Shown: positions 19,444 through 28,369 of the stretch, piece after piece
How the letters are laid out: each line of letters starts with the position of its first letter
Numbering within the stretch: position 1 is the stretch's first letter
Assembly: GCA_963704725.1 (NCBI GenBank)
Contig: OY969934.1
Span: 736,001-800,000, forward strand
Direction: 5' to 3'
DNA from: an uncultured Actinomycetes bacterium
GTDB lineage: Bacteria > Actinomycetota > UBA4738 > HRBIN12
Length of the DNA stretch: 64,000 nt
Notes under the pieces: model-generated
What the model was told of the DNA's origin: nothing
The model's input: only the letters and a program-made list of their open reading frames with translations
Databases searched by the model: none
Program-made: the position numbers and the translations under genes

Positions 19444-19845
19444 TCAGGAGCGGGCGGCGGTCCGGAACGTGCGACCGCACGTCGTGCACTTCATGGTCTT
19501 GCGCGCACCGGGTCCCGCGTGCGTGTAGGGCTGCGTCCGGTCCGAGCCGCAGTACGGGCACTCGGGACGGATCGACGCCGCCGCTCGCTGGTCCCGGGTG
19601 ACCCACTCGTCCTCGAGCTCGACCACGGCGCCCGCCGCCTCCAGGACGGCGCGCGCCCGCTCGGCGCGCTCCATCGAGGCCTTGCGCACCGCGACGAACG
19701 GCAGCTCGAGCTCCTCGAGCGGGACGGGCTTCGTGGACAGGAGGTCGAGGACCTCGGAGACGTCGGCCTCGCGGCCGGGGGACCAGCCGGTGAGGACCAC
19801 GCTCGCCCCGCGGATCTCGTCGGGGTGCCGCGCTCGGTCGCTCAT
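19444..19845 (-). CDS. Hypothetical protein: L7/L12 C-terminal-like domain + zinc ribbon
   Basis: LPFVAVRKASMERAERARAVLEAAGAVVEL; CPYCGS...CTTCG. Confidence 0.6.
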   Translation of the reverse strand: MSDRARHPDEIRGASVVLTGWSPGREADVSEVLDLLSTKPVPLEELELPFVAVRKASMERAERARAVLEAAGAVVELEDEWVTRDQRAAASIRPECPYCGSDRTQPYTHAGPGARKTMKCTTCGRTFRTAARS

Positions 19846-19934
19846 CGCTGCAGACAGCTTACGCCGCCGAGGATGGACCGAAGGTCGCGAAGCCGCGCGC
19901 CTCCGCCGGTTCCCGCGAGCCTCGCTCGCGGCGC

Positions 19935-22601
19935 TCAGGCGCCGGCGGCGAAGCGCGACAGGCGCTCGAACGCCTCGGAGTACTCGGAGGGCTCGAAGCA
20001 GTACCGCAGGGTGAGGAAGCGGCTCCGCAGGCTCCGGACCTTCGCTGTCCGGTCGGCGTCGTCGACGATCACGTCGCGCAGGAGCCCGGCGAGCTCGCCG
20101 AAGTCGTGCTCGGTCATGCCGAACCGGGTCATCTCCGAGACGCCCAGCCGCAGCCCGCTCGAGGCCGTGAAGCTCTCGTCCTCGGGCAGGGCCTGGTAGT
20201 TGCAGATGACGTTGTTGGCCTCGAGGCGGCGGGCGACCTCGGCCCCCCGCCCGTAGCCGACCCGAACCAGCACCTGGTGGGTCTGCGTGTAGCCGATCGC
20301 GGGGTCGCCCTCCACCTCGAGCCCGGCCTCGGCCAGGGCACGGGCGAAGGCCTTGGCGTTCGCGACGACCCGCGGCTGGTACTCGTCCTTGAACGCGTTC
20401 ATCTCGTACGCCGCCATGAGCAGGCCGACCAGCGTTCCGAGGTGGTGGTTGGAGACGGCGCCGGGGAACGCCCGGCTGCGGATCGAGTTCCACAGCGCGT
20501 ATCGCTCCTCGTCCTCGCGCATCCGCCCGGCCACGATCCCGCGCTGGGTCCCGAAGAACGTCTTGTGGGTCGAGCCGGTGACCAGGTCGGCGCCCTCGGC
20601 GAACGGCTCCTGGAAGTGCGGGCCCACCAGGCCGAGCACGTGGGCCATGTCGTACATCACGACCGCGTCGATCTCGCGCTCGTCCAGGAACCGGCGGACC
20701 TCGGCCACGGGCTCCGTGTGCAGCACCATGCTCTTGCCGAACACGATGAGCTCGGGACGGAACTCCTCGATGAGCTGGAGCGTCGCCGGGACGTCGATCT
20801 TGTACGGGTTGTCGGCGAGCACGGGGAAGTTCACGACGGCCGGGCGCTCGGTGTGAGGGTCGCGGGCCACGAAGTCCTTCAGGGCGCCCATGGGCTGGGC
20901 CGAGAGATGGCCGCCCCGGCCGATGTGGTTGTTCATCACCCGGCGGATCCGGCGGGGCTCGCTGCGGCGGTCGGCGCGGTTGAGGTAGTCGACCATCGCG
21001 CTGAACACCGTCGTGTTGGCCATCTGTCCGCTGACCGGGCGCGCCTCGATCTCCTCGGCCCCGAGGAACTCGCGGAGCTGGTCCTGGACGAGCCGCTCGA
21101 CCTCGGCGATGAACTCGGTGCCCTGGTAATAGAAGACCTCGGCGTCGTGGAAGGCGGGCAGCGCCCGGTGCTCGGCGTACCGGAACACCGGGTCCGAGAT
21201 CTGCAGCAGCCGGACCATCGGCGAGACCGTCATCTCCGACGGGATGAGGTTGATGCACTCGCGCTGCCGCCACGTGGTGTTGGTCGCGGCCTGCTCGAGC
21301 AGCCGGCGGATCTCGCTCCGGCCGGTCGTCACCGGCGGAGCGGGCAGGACCACACGCTCCTGCGGCTCGGCGACGATGGGCCGGGCGTAGGGAGGCGCCT
21401 CCGAACGCAGGTGGAACTCGACGATCCGGCCCTGCACGAGCTTGCCCCGGACGTCGATCGCGACCTCCGTCCCCTCCAGGAGCTCGGAGTCCACGTAGGC
21501 CAGGCAGATCGCCCGCGTCCGGTGCTCGCCCGTCGGCTCCGAGGTCTCGTCGTCGCCGTCGAACACCCAGTACGGCACGGCCGTTCCGCTCGTCACGGTG
21601 CCGACGTCGCGGCCGTCCACGAAGACCTTGGCGTGGGCCCGGGCGATGCCCCGGCCCGTCACGGCGATCGGCCGGATCATCCGGGGGAGCGCCTCGAGAT
21701 CCGAGAAGTCGCGGTGCAGGATGCGCGCCGCCGTCCGGGACTGTCGCTTGATGGCCTCGCGGCCGATGAAGTGCCGCTTCTGCGCGGCCAGGCTCACGCC
21801 GAACCGGGTGAGAGGGACGGCCATGATCGGGATCTCGCCGCCGTCGGGGCTCGGGCCGAGCTCGTCCCCGTAGAGCGGCAGGGCGGCCTCGAGCCGGAGC
21901 GTGTCCCGCGCCGCGAGGCCGCACGGGTTGGCGCCGCGCCCCACCAGGAGCTCCCAGAGCTTGAGGCCGTCGTCGCGGTCGACGAAGAGCTCGAAGCCGA
22001 TCGGCTCGCCCGTGTAGCCGGTCCGGCCGACCCGCACGGTCGCGCCGGCGATCTCGGCCACGCTCGCGGCGTTGCGGACCGGATCGGGGAGGCGACCCCC
22101 GGTCACGATGGACTCAAGCAGGTCGTGCGACGCCGGCCCCTGCAGCGCCAGCATGACGACCTCGTGCGTCGCGTCCGTGAGCTCGACGCCGTCGATCAGC
22201 TGGGTCTGCAGGTGCGCCCAGTCCTTGAGCCGGTTCGAGGCGTTCACCACGAGGAGATAGCCCTCGTCGTCGAACCGGTACAGGTACGCGTCGTCGAGGG
22301 CGCCGCCGTGCTCGTTGGGGATCAGGGTGTACTGCGCGGAGGTCGGCCGGCCGTCGAGGGCCTCGGCGTTGTTCGTCAGGACGTGCTGGAGGAACTCGAG
22401 GGCTCGCTCGCCCCGGACCGTGAACCGGCCCATGTGCGAGACGTCGAACAGACCGGCGTGGCCGCGCACGGCCAGGTGCTCCTGGATCGTCCCCGTCGGG
22501 TACTGCAGCGGCATCTCCCAGCCGCCGAACTCGGTGAGCTTGGCCCCGAGCGCGACGTGCCGGTCGTGGAAGATCGTCCGGTCCGAGGCGGGTGCGCTCA
22601 T
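19935..22601 (-). CDS. gcvT-glyA: Fused glycine cleavage T protein / serine hydroxymethyltransferase
   Basis: N-terminal FGGWEMPLQY, GLFDVSHMG, RTGYTGE, ARDTLRLEA; C-terminal INLIPSE, DMAHVLGLV, GSTHKTFFGTQRG (PLP Lys), SGLRLG. Confidence 0.92.
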   Translation of the reverse strand: MSAPASDRTIFHDRHVALGAKLTEFGGWEMPLQYPTGTIQEHLAVRGHAGLFDVSHMGRFTVRGERALEFLQHVLTNNAEALDGRPTSAQYTLIPNEHGGALDDAYLYRFDDEGYLLVVNASNRLKDWAHLQTQLIDGVELTDATHEVVMLALQGPASHDLLESIVTGGRLPDPVRNAASVAEIAGATVRVGRTGYTGEPIGFELFVDRDDGLKLWELLVGRGANPCGLAARDTLRLEAALPLYGDELGPSPDGGEIPIMAVPLTRFGVSLAAQKRHFIGREAIKRQSRTAARILHRDFSDLEALPRMIRPIAVTGRGIARAHAKVFVDGRDVGTVTSGTAVPYWVFDGDDETSEPTGEHRTRAICLAYVDSELLEGTEVAIDVRGKLVQGRIVEFHLRSEAPPYARPIVAEPQERVVLPAPPVTTGRSEIRRLLEQAATNTTWRQRECINLIPSEMTVSPMVRLLQISDPVFRYAEHRALPAFHDAEVFYYQGTEFIAEVERLVQDQLREFLGAEEIEARPVSGQMANTTVFSAMVDYLNRADRRSEPRRIRRVMNNHIGRGGHLSAQPMGALKDFVARDPHTERPAVVNFPVLADNPYKIDVPATLQLIEEFRPELIVFGKSMVLHTEPVAEVRRFLDEREIDAVVMYDMAHVLGLVGPHFQEPFAEGADLVTGSTHKTFFGTQRGIVAGRMREDEERYALWNSIRSRAFPGAVSNHHLGTLVGLLMAAYEMNAFKDEYQPRVVANAKAFARALAEAGLEVEGDPAIGYTQTHQVLVRVGYGRGAEVARRLEANNVICNYQALPEDESFTASSGLRLGVSEMTRFGMTEHDFGELAGLLRDVIVDDADRTAKVRSLRSRFLTLRYCFEPSEYSEAFERLSRFAAGA

Positions 22602-22658
22602 GCGGCGGAGTCTAGCGCGGGCCCTCGGCCCTCCCCCCGGCCCGCACCGGCGAGGGCG

Positions 22659-24488
22659 TCACGACCGCGCGGAGCCGACGTTGCCGAGCCAGCTCCGGAA
22701 CAGCCCGGCGTAGACGCCGCCGGCGCCGACGAGCTCCGCGTGCGTGCCGCGCTCCACGATGCGTCCCGCGTCGACCACGAAGATCTCCTCCGCCCCCTCG
22801 GCCGTGGAGAGCCGGTGGGCGATCGTGATCGAGGTCCGGCCGGTCGAGAGCCGTCGGAGCGCCTCCGTGATGCGGCGCTCGGTCGCCGGATCGACCGCGC
22901 TCGTCGCCTCGTCCAGGATCAGGAGGCCGGGGTCCCCGATCTGGGCGCGCGCCAGGGAGACGAGCTGCCGCTCCCCGACGGACAGGCTCTCGCCGCGCTC
23001 GCCCACGCGGGTCTCGAGGCCGTCCGGCAGCGACGACACCCAGCCACCCAACCCGAGCTCCTCGAACGCGGTCTCGACCTCGCGGTCGGTCGCTCCCTCC
23101 CGCCCGGCGCGGACGTTCTCGCGCACGGTGAGGTCGAACAGGAAGCCGTCCTGCGGCACCATACGGATGGCGCGCTGCCTCGACGCCCTCGCTACCTCGC
23201 GGAGGTCGACGTCCTCGATCGTCACCCGGCCCTCGATCGGGTCGGCCAGCCGGGTCAGGAGCTTGACGAGCGTGGTCTTGCCCGAGCCGGTCTCGCCCAC
23301 GATCGCGACGTGTGCGCCGGCCGAGACCTCGAGCGAGACCTCGCGCAGCACGGCCGGGCCGTCGCCGTATCGGTAGGAGACGCGCTCCGTGCGAACGCCC
23401 AGGGCGCCCCTTCGGAGCTCGATGCCGGGCGAGGGCTCGGCGACGTCCACCGGAAGCTCCAGGAGCGCGAGGATCTTGCGCCATCCGGCGATCGCGGTCT
23501 GCGTGTCGGCGTAGATCTCGGGCAGGTCGGTGAACGGGTGCAGGAACAGGTCGGCCAGGAACAGGAAGGCCGAGACGCGGCCGAACGTCAGCCCCCACCG
23601 GGGTCCGAACCCCGCCCCGACCACGATCACCACCGAGAGGGCCAGCCCCCAGAAGATCGTGGCCATGGGGAACAGCGTCGCGGTCCGAAGGTGGGCCACG
23701 ACCTGGGCGTCGTATCGCTCGCGGATCGACCGCTTCACCCGCGTGTCCACCTGATCCTCGAGCCCGTAGGCCCGGACGACGGCCGCGCCCATCACGCTCT
23801 CGGAGACCTCGGACAGCATCTGCCCCACGCGGACCCGGACGAGGTCGTACGCGGCGGACAGGGATCCCTGGAGCTTGCCCATCACGAGCAGGAGCGGCCC
23901 GACGAGCAGGACGACGGGGATCGTGAGCTGCCACGAGTACACGAGCATCAGGCCCAGCGCGCCCACGATCTGGACGATCGAGACGATCCAGGCGATGCCG
24001 CCCCACTCGGTGAACTCGCTCAGCGTGTCGACGTCGGCCGTCACCCGCGCGACGAACACGCCGCGTCGCTCCCGGGTCTGCGTCGCGATCGAGAGCCGGT
24101 GGATGTGCTCGAACCCGCGGACCCGCAAACCGGCCAGCGCGGCCTCCGAGGCTCGCACCAGTCGGCGGGCCGCCGCTCGCCCGGCCAGGAAGGTCCCGGC
24201 GACGACGACGAGCGCCACCGTGCACCGCCCGAAGACGAAACCCGGGCGGAAGCCGCCGTCGAACCCGTGGTCGAAGATCTGCTGGACCAGGACGGGCGGC
24301 ACGAGGCCGGCGGTCGCCGCCGCGAGCGAGACCACGACCGTGAAGCCGAGGCCGGCGCGGAGCTCCGGGCTCATCCGCAGTCCCTGCACGAGCACGCTCC
24401 ACGCGCTCCGTAGATGAGCCGGGACCGGGAGGTCCTCGTCGTGCCCGGCCTCGGGCAGCACCACGTCGGGGACGGTGCTCGTGCTCAT
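22659..24488 (-). CDS. ABC exporter, fused TMD-NBD (heterodimer subunit 2)
   Basis: GETGSGKT, degenerate signature LSVGERQ, ILDEATS, AHRLST. Confidence 0.93.
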   Translation of the reverse strand: MSTSTVPDVVLPEAGHDEDLPVPAHLRSAWSVLVQGLRMSPELRAGLGFTVVVSLAAATAGLVPPVLVQQIFDHGFDGGFRPGFVFGRCTVALVVVAGTFLAGRAAARRLVRASEAALAGLRVRGFEHIHRLSIATQTRERRGVFVARVTADVDTLSEFTEWGGIAWIVSIVQIVGALGLMLVYSWQLTIPVVLLVGPLLLVMGKLQGSLSAAYDLVRVRVGQMLSEVSESVMGAAVVRAYGLEDQVDTRVKRSIRERYDAQVVAHLRTATLFPMATIFWGLALSVVIVVGAGFGPRWGLTFGRVSAFLFLADLFLHPFTDLPEIYADTQTAIAGWRKILALLELPVDVAEPSPGIELRRGALGVRTERVSYRYGDGPAVLREVSLEVSAGAHVAIVGETGSGKTTLVKLLTRLADPIEGRVTIEDVDLREVARASRQRAIRMVPQDGFLFDLTVRENVRAGREGATDREVETAFEELGLGGWVSSLPDGLETRVGERGESLSVGERQLVSLARAQIGDPGLLILDEATSAVDPATERRITEALRRLSTGRTSITIAHRLSTAEGAEEIFVVDAGRIVERGTHAELVGAGGVYAGLFRSWLGNVGSARS

Positions 24489-26266
24489 CGCGCCGCCCGT
24501 TCGTAGGCGTGGACCATCGCGGCGTAGCCGGGCTCGGTCGCCATGAGCTGCTCGTGCGATCCGCTCGACCGGAGCCGCCCGCGCTCGAGGTACAGGACCC
24601 GGTCGGCCAGCCGGATCGTGGAGAGGCGATATGCCACCACCACGAGGGTGGTTCGGAGCTCGCGGCGCAGGCCGGCCAGGATCTCGGCCTCGACGGTGGG
24701 GTCCACGGCGCTCGTCGCGTCGTCGAGGATCAGGAGACGGGGCTCGCGCACCAGCGCCCGAGCCAGGGCCACGCGCTGGCGCTCGCCGCCCGAGAGCGTG
24801 TGCCCGCGCTCGCCGAGGATCGTGTCGTACCCCTTCGGCAGGGCCCGGACGAACCGGTCGGCCTGCGCGATCGTCGCGGCGCGCTCGACCTCATCGCGGG
24901 TCGCCCCCGAGTCGAGCGCGATGTTCTCGGCCACGGTCGTGGCGAACAGGAAGCTCTCCTGGAACACGACGCTCGCCGCCCGGCGAAGCGACGCCGCGTC
25001 GACGTGCCGCAGGTTCACGCCGCCGAGGACGATCTCGCCACTCGTCGGGTCGTCCAGACGGACGAGGAGCTGCGCGAGCGTCGACTTGCCCACGCCGGTC
25101 GGGCCGACGATGGCCACGGACTCGTCCGGGGCGACCCGGAACGAGACCTCGTCCAGCACCCGCACGCCGCCGAACGCGTACGTGACGGCCTCAGCGCGCA
25201 CCTCGAGGGGACCGTCGGGGAGCGCCACGGCCTCGGCGGGCCGCTCCAGGGTGACCGGCTCCTCGAGCACCCCGACGATGCGCTCGTGCCCTACGACGGC
25301 GCGGGGCAGCTCGGACAGGATCCACCCGACGAACCGCATCGGCCACGCCAGGAGGCCGAACAGCGTGACGACCTGCACGAGCGTGCCGAGAGTCACCTGG
25401 CCCGTCGACAGGCGCCACGCGCCGATCGCCAGGAGCAGGATCGTCGCGATCGAGGGGAGCGCCTCGAGCGCGGGCTCGAACCCCGCCCGGACGAAGCCCG
25501 CCCGGACGCGTTCGGCCCGGAGCTGCTCGGCTCGCTCCCGCAGGCGTTCGACCTCGGCGTGCTCGCGGCCCAGCGTCTTCACCACCAGGGCGCCGTCGAC
25601 CGACTCGTGCGCGACGGCCGAGACCTCGCCGATGCGCTGCTGCGCCCGGCGCGCCGGGCCCTGCATCCGCCGGGCGAAGGAGCGGTTCATCAACGCGAGC
25701 GCCGGCACCATGAGGAGCCCGATCAGCATGAGGAACACGTCCGCGAACGCCAGCGAGACGAGCGCGAACACGACCAGACAGAGCGCGCCGATCGAGAACG
25801 GGATCGGGTAGAGCACGTCGATCGCGGCCTCGACGTCGGCCTCCATGTGCGCGAGCAGCTCGCCCGTGGGCGTGGCGCGGTGGTAGGAGAGCGCGAGGTC
25901 GCGGTACCGGTCGCTGACCCGGTCTCGGAGCGTCGCCCCCACGGCCGAGCCGAGCACGCCGCTGTAGAAGCGCCGGAAGCCGATCCCGACCGCGCGGAGG
26001 ATCGCGAGCCCCATGATCGCCCCGACCGCGAGCCAGATCGTCCCCGTCGACACGCCCCGGCCGAATGCCGGTTTCAGCACCCGGTCCGTCACGCGGCCGA
26101 GCGCCACGGTCACGGCGACCGACGCCACCGCGAACACGAACGCGCCTCCGACCGAGATGAGGAAGGGTCGGGGGTGCGTCCGGACGTGGGAGATGACGAG
26201 GCGCATGCCGCGCCCGAACAGGCCGCGAGCGCCGTCGCTCGCCGGATCGGGGGACGTGATCGCCAT
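24485..26266 (-). CDS. ABC exporter, fused TMD-NBD (heterodimer subunit 1)
   Basis: GPTGVGKST, LSGGERQR, degenerate Walker B ILDDATS and H-loop AYRLST. Confidence 0.93.
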   Translation of the reverse strand: MAITSPDPASDGARGLFGRGMRLVISHVRTHPRPFLISVGGAFVFAVASVAVTVALGRVTDRVLKPAFGRGVSTGTIWLAVGAIMGLAILRAVGIGFRRFYSGVLGSAVGATLRDRVSDRYRDLALSYHRATPTGELLAHMEADVEAAIDVLYPIPFSIGALCLVVFALVSLAFADVFLMLIGLLMVPALALMNRSFARRMQGPARRAQQRIGEVSAVAHESVDGALVVKTLGREHAEVERLRERAEQLRAERVRAGFVRAGFEPALEALPSIATILLLAIGAWRLSTGQVTLGTLVQVVTLFGLLAWPMRFVGWILSELPRAVVGHERIVGVLEEPVTLERPAEAVALPDGPLEVRAEAVTYAFGGVRVLDEVSFRVAPDESVAIVGPTGVGKSTLAQLLVRLDDPTSGEIVLGGVNLRHVDAASLRRAASVVFQESFLFATTVAENIALDSGATRDEVERAATIAQADRFVRALPKGYDTILGERGHTLSGGERQRVALARALVREPRLLILDDATSAVDPTVEAEILAGLRRELRTTLVVVAYRLSTIRLADRVLYLERGRLRSSGSHEQLMATEPGYAAMVHAYERAAR

Positions 26267-26401
26267 CCGTCCATGATGCGGGACGGACGAGACGGTCGCG
26301 GTGTCCCCCAGGTGGTTTCGTCAGATATCAACCCATCGGCCGACTGATCACGGGCCGACCGGGGGCTTAGCGTGTCGGCTTTCGACCGGGCAGGAGGGGC
26401 C

Positions 26402-27058
26402 GTGGCCGGGACACCCACGCGCAAGAGTGCGCCGGCACCGCCTCGGACGGGTCCGAGGGCGGTCTGGGACGACGGGGTCGAGGATCTCCTTCGGGCCTGG
26501 CATCGCCGCGTCGCCGCCGCCGAGCGCGGCCACCGGATCATGTCCGACCGGATGCGCCGCCGCCAGCTCGGTCTGGGCATCCCCGTGGTCGTGCTGACGA
26601 CGGCCGTGGGGACGAGCGTGTTCGCCTCGTTCGGCGAGGCCGACGCGGGCCCGCTCCTGGTCGTGGCCGGCAGCGTCAGCCTGCTGGCCGCCGTCCTGTC
26701 GAGCCTGCAGACGTTCCTGCGCTACTCGACGAGGTGGGAGGGTCACCGGATCGCGGCGATCCGCTACGAGACCCTGCGCCGCGACATCGCCGAGGCCCTG
26801 GCCATCCCGCGCCAGGCCCGAGGCGATCCCGTGAAGCAGCTCGACAGCGTCCGCCAGCGCATGGACCGGTACGCGAAGGAGTCGCCCGCGGTCGGGGAGC
26901 GGCTGTGGGCGCAGATGACGGCCGAGTTCCACCTCTCCGACGTGCCGCCGGACCCGTCGTGGCCGGATCAGCCGATCCGGATCCCGGAGGTCGACCGGCA
27001 GGCCGTGATCGAGGCGCGGGCCGAGTGGGAGCGGAACGAGGAGCAGCGTGGACGCTGA
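26402..27058 (+). CDS. SLATT domain (2-TM) protein
   Basis: WHRRV...GHRIMSDR...LGIPVVVLTTAVGTSVF / SLLAAVLSSLQTFLRY...HRIAAIRYETLRRDI; SD aggagggg. Confidence 0.8.
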   Translation: MAGTPTRKSAPAPPRTGPRAVWDDGVEDLLRAWHRRVAAAERGHRIMSDRMRRRQLGLGIPVVVLTTAVGTSVFASFGEADAGPLLVVAGSVSLLAAVLSSLQTFLRYSTRWEGHRIAAIRYETLRRDIAEALAIPRQARGDPVKQLDSVRQRMDRYAKESPAVGERLWAQMTAEFHLSDVPPDPSWPDQPIRIPEVDRQAVIEARAEWERNEEQRGR

Positions 27059-28079
27059 CCTCGTGCTCGAGGGCGGCGGCGTGAAGGGGATCGGGCTCGT
27101 CGGGGCCTACACCCGACTGAAGGAGGCCGGCTACGAGTTCCACCGGATCGCCGGGACGTCGGCCGGGGCGATCGTCGGGTCCCTCATCGCGGCCGACATG
27201 CCGGTGGACGAGCTCCGGCAGGTGATGCTCGAGGTCGACTACGGCAGCTTCCAGGACAAGGGGTTCCTCGACCATCTCGGCCTCGTGGGCAAGGGGGTCT
27301 CTCTGCTCTTCGAGAAGGGGATCTACGAGGGGCGGTACCTGCACGAGTGGCTCGACGGCCTGCTCACCGGACTCGGCAAGCGCACGTTCGGGGACCTGCG
27401 GATCGAGGACGCGGGGAGCTCGCTCCCGCCCGAGCGGGCCTACCGGCTCGTCGTGATGGCCTCCGACGTCACACGGGGACGGATCGCCCGCCTCCCCTGG
27501 GACTACCCGCTGTACGGGCTGAACCCCGACGACCAGCTCGTGGCCGACGCCGTCCGGGCCTCGATGTCGATCCCGTTCTTCTACGAGCCGGTGCGCCTGC
27601 ACGCGCGCGACGACCGCGGCAAGCCGGTCGTCTCCTACATGGTGGACGGCGGCATGCTCTCGAACTTCCCGGTGGAGGTCTTCGACCGCACGGACGGACG
27701 TGCCCCCAGGTGGCCCACGTTCGGGATGAAGCTCTCCGCCAAGCCGAAGGGCCCCGAGCTCGTGAAGTTCGACATCGAGGGGACGTTCGGGCTGGCGCGA
27801 GCGATGGTCGGCACGATGACGAACTTCCACGACCAGATGCACATCGACGACCCGTCGGTGCTGGCCCGCACGATGTTCGTCGACACCGCTCACGTCAAGG
27901 CCACGGACTTCGACATCGACGAGGGAACCCAGGACCTGCTGTTCGCCCACGGCCGGCGTTCCGCGACCAAGTTCCTCGAGGGGTGGGACTTCGATCGGTA
28001 CGTCGCCGAGTTCCGCACCCCGCAGATGGTCGATCTCACGACCCCGTCCGTCGTCGTCGAGACCGGCGGCGACGGCTGA
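27048..28079 (+). CDS. Patatin-like phospholipase
   Basis: GGGVKG, GTSAG nucleophile, ASMSIPFFY, DGG. Confidence 0.95.
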   Translation: MDADLVLEGGGVKGIGLVGAYTRLKEAGYEFHRIAGTSAGAIVGSLIAADMPVDELRQVMLEVDYGSFQDKGFLDHLGLVGKGVSLLFEKGIYEGRYLHEWLDGLLTGLGKRTFGDLRIEDAGSSLPPERAYRLVVMASDVTRGRIARLPWDYPLYGLNPDDQLVADAVRASMSIPFFYEPVRLHARDDRGKPVVSYMVDGGMLSNFPVEVFDRTDGRAPRWPTFGMKLSAKPKGPELVKFDIEGTFGLARAMVGTMTNFHDQMHIDDPSVLARTMFVDTAHVKATDFDIDEGTQDLLFAHGRRSATKFLEGWDFDRYVAEFRTPQMVDLTTPSVVVETGGDG

Positions 28080-28146
28080 CGGGTCGCGCCGGTGCGCGAC
28101 GACCGTCTATCGTGTGCGCGCGAGATCCCGAGGGGAGGCACGCGCC

Positions 28147-28356
28147 ATGACCGAGAGCATCTACCGCGTCACCGAGGTGATCGGCACGAGCACCACGTCC
28201 TGGGAGGACGCCACCAAGAACGCCGTGGAGACGGCGGCGCAGACGCTGCGGGACCTGCGCGTCGGCGAGGTCGTGCGGCTCGACGTGACGATCGACGAGG
28301 GGCACGTGACCTACTACCGGGCGCGCGTGAACATCTCCTTCAAGTACGAGGCGTAG
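28147..28356 (+). CDS. Dodecin family flavin-binding protein
   Basis: YRVTEVIGTSTTSWEDA...TLRDLR...YRARVNISFKYE. Confidence 0.92.
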   Translation: MTESIYRVTEVIGTSTTSWEDATKNAVETAAQTLRDLRVGEVVRLDVTIDEGHVTYYRARVNISFKYEA

Positions 28357-28369
28357 CGCCCGGGCCCGA

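Noticed and set aside
22602-22658. Glycine riboswitch upstream of gcvT
   Set aside because: Only 57 nt intergenic, with a -10 box directly before ATG; no room or motif for the aptamer.
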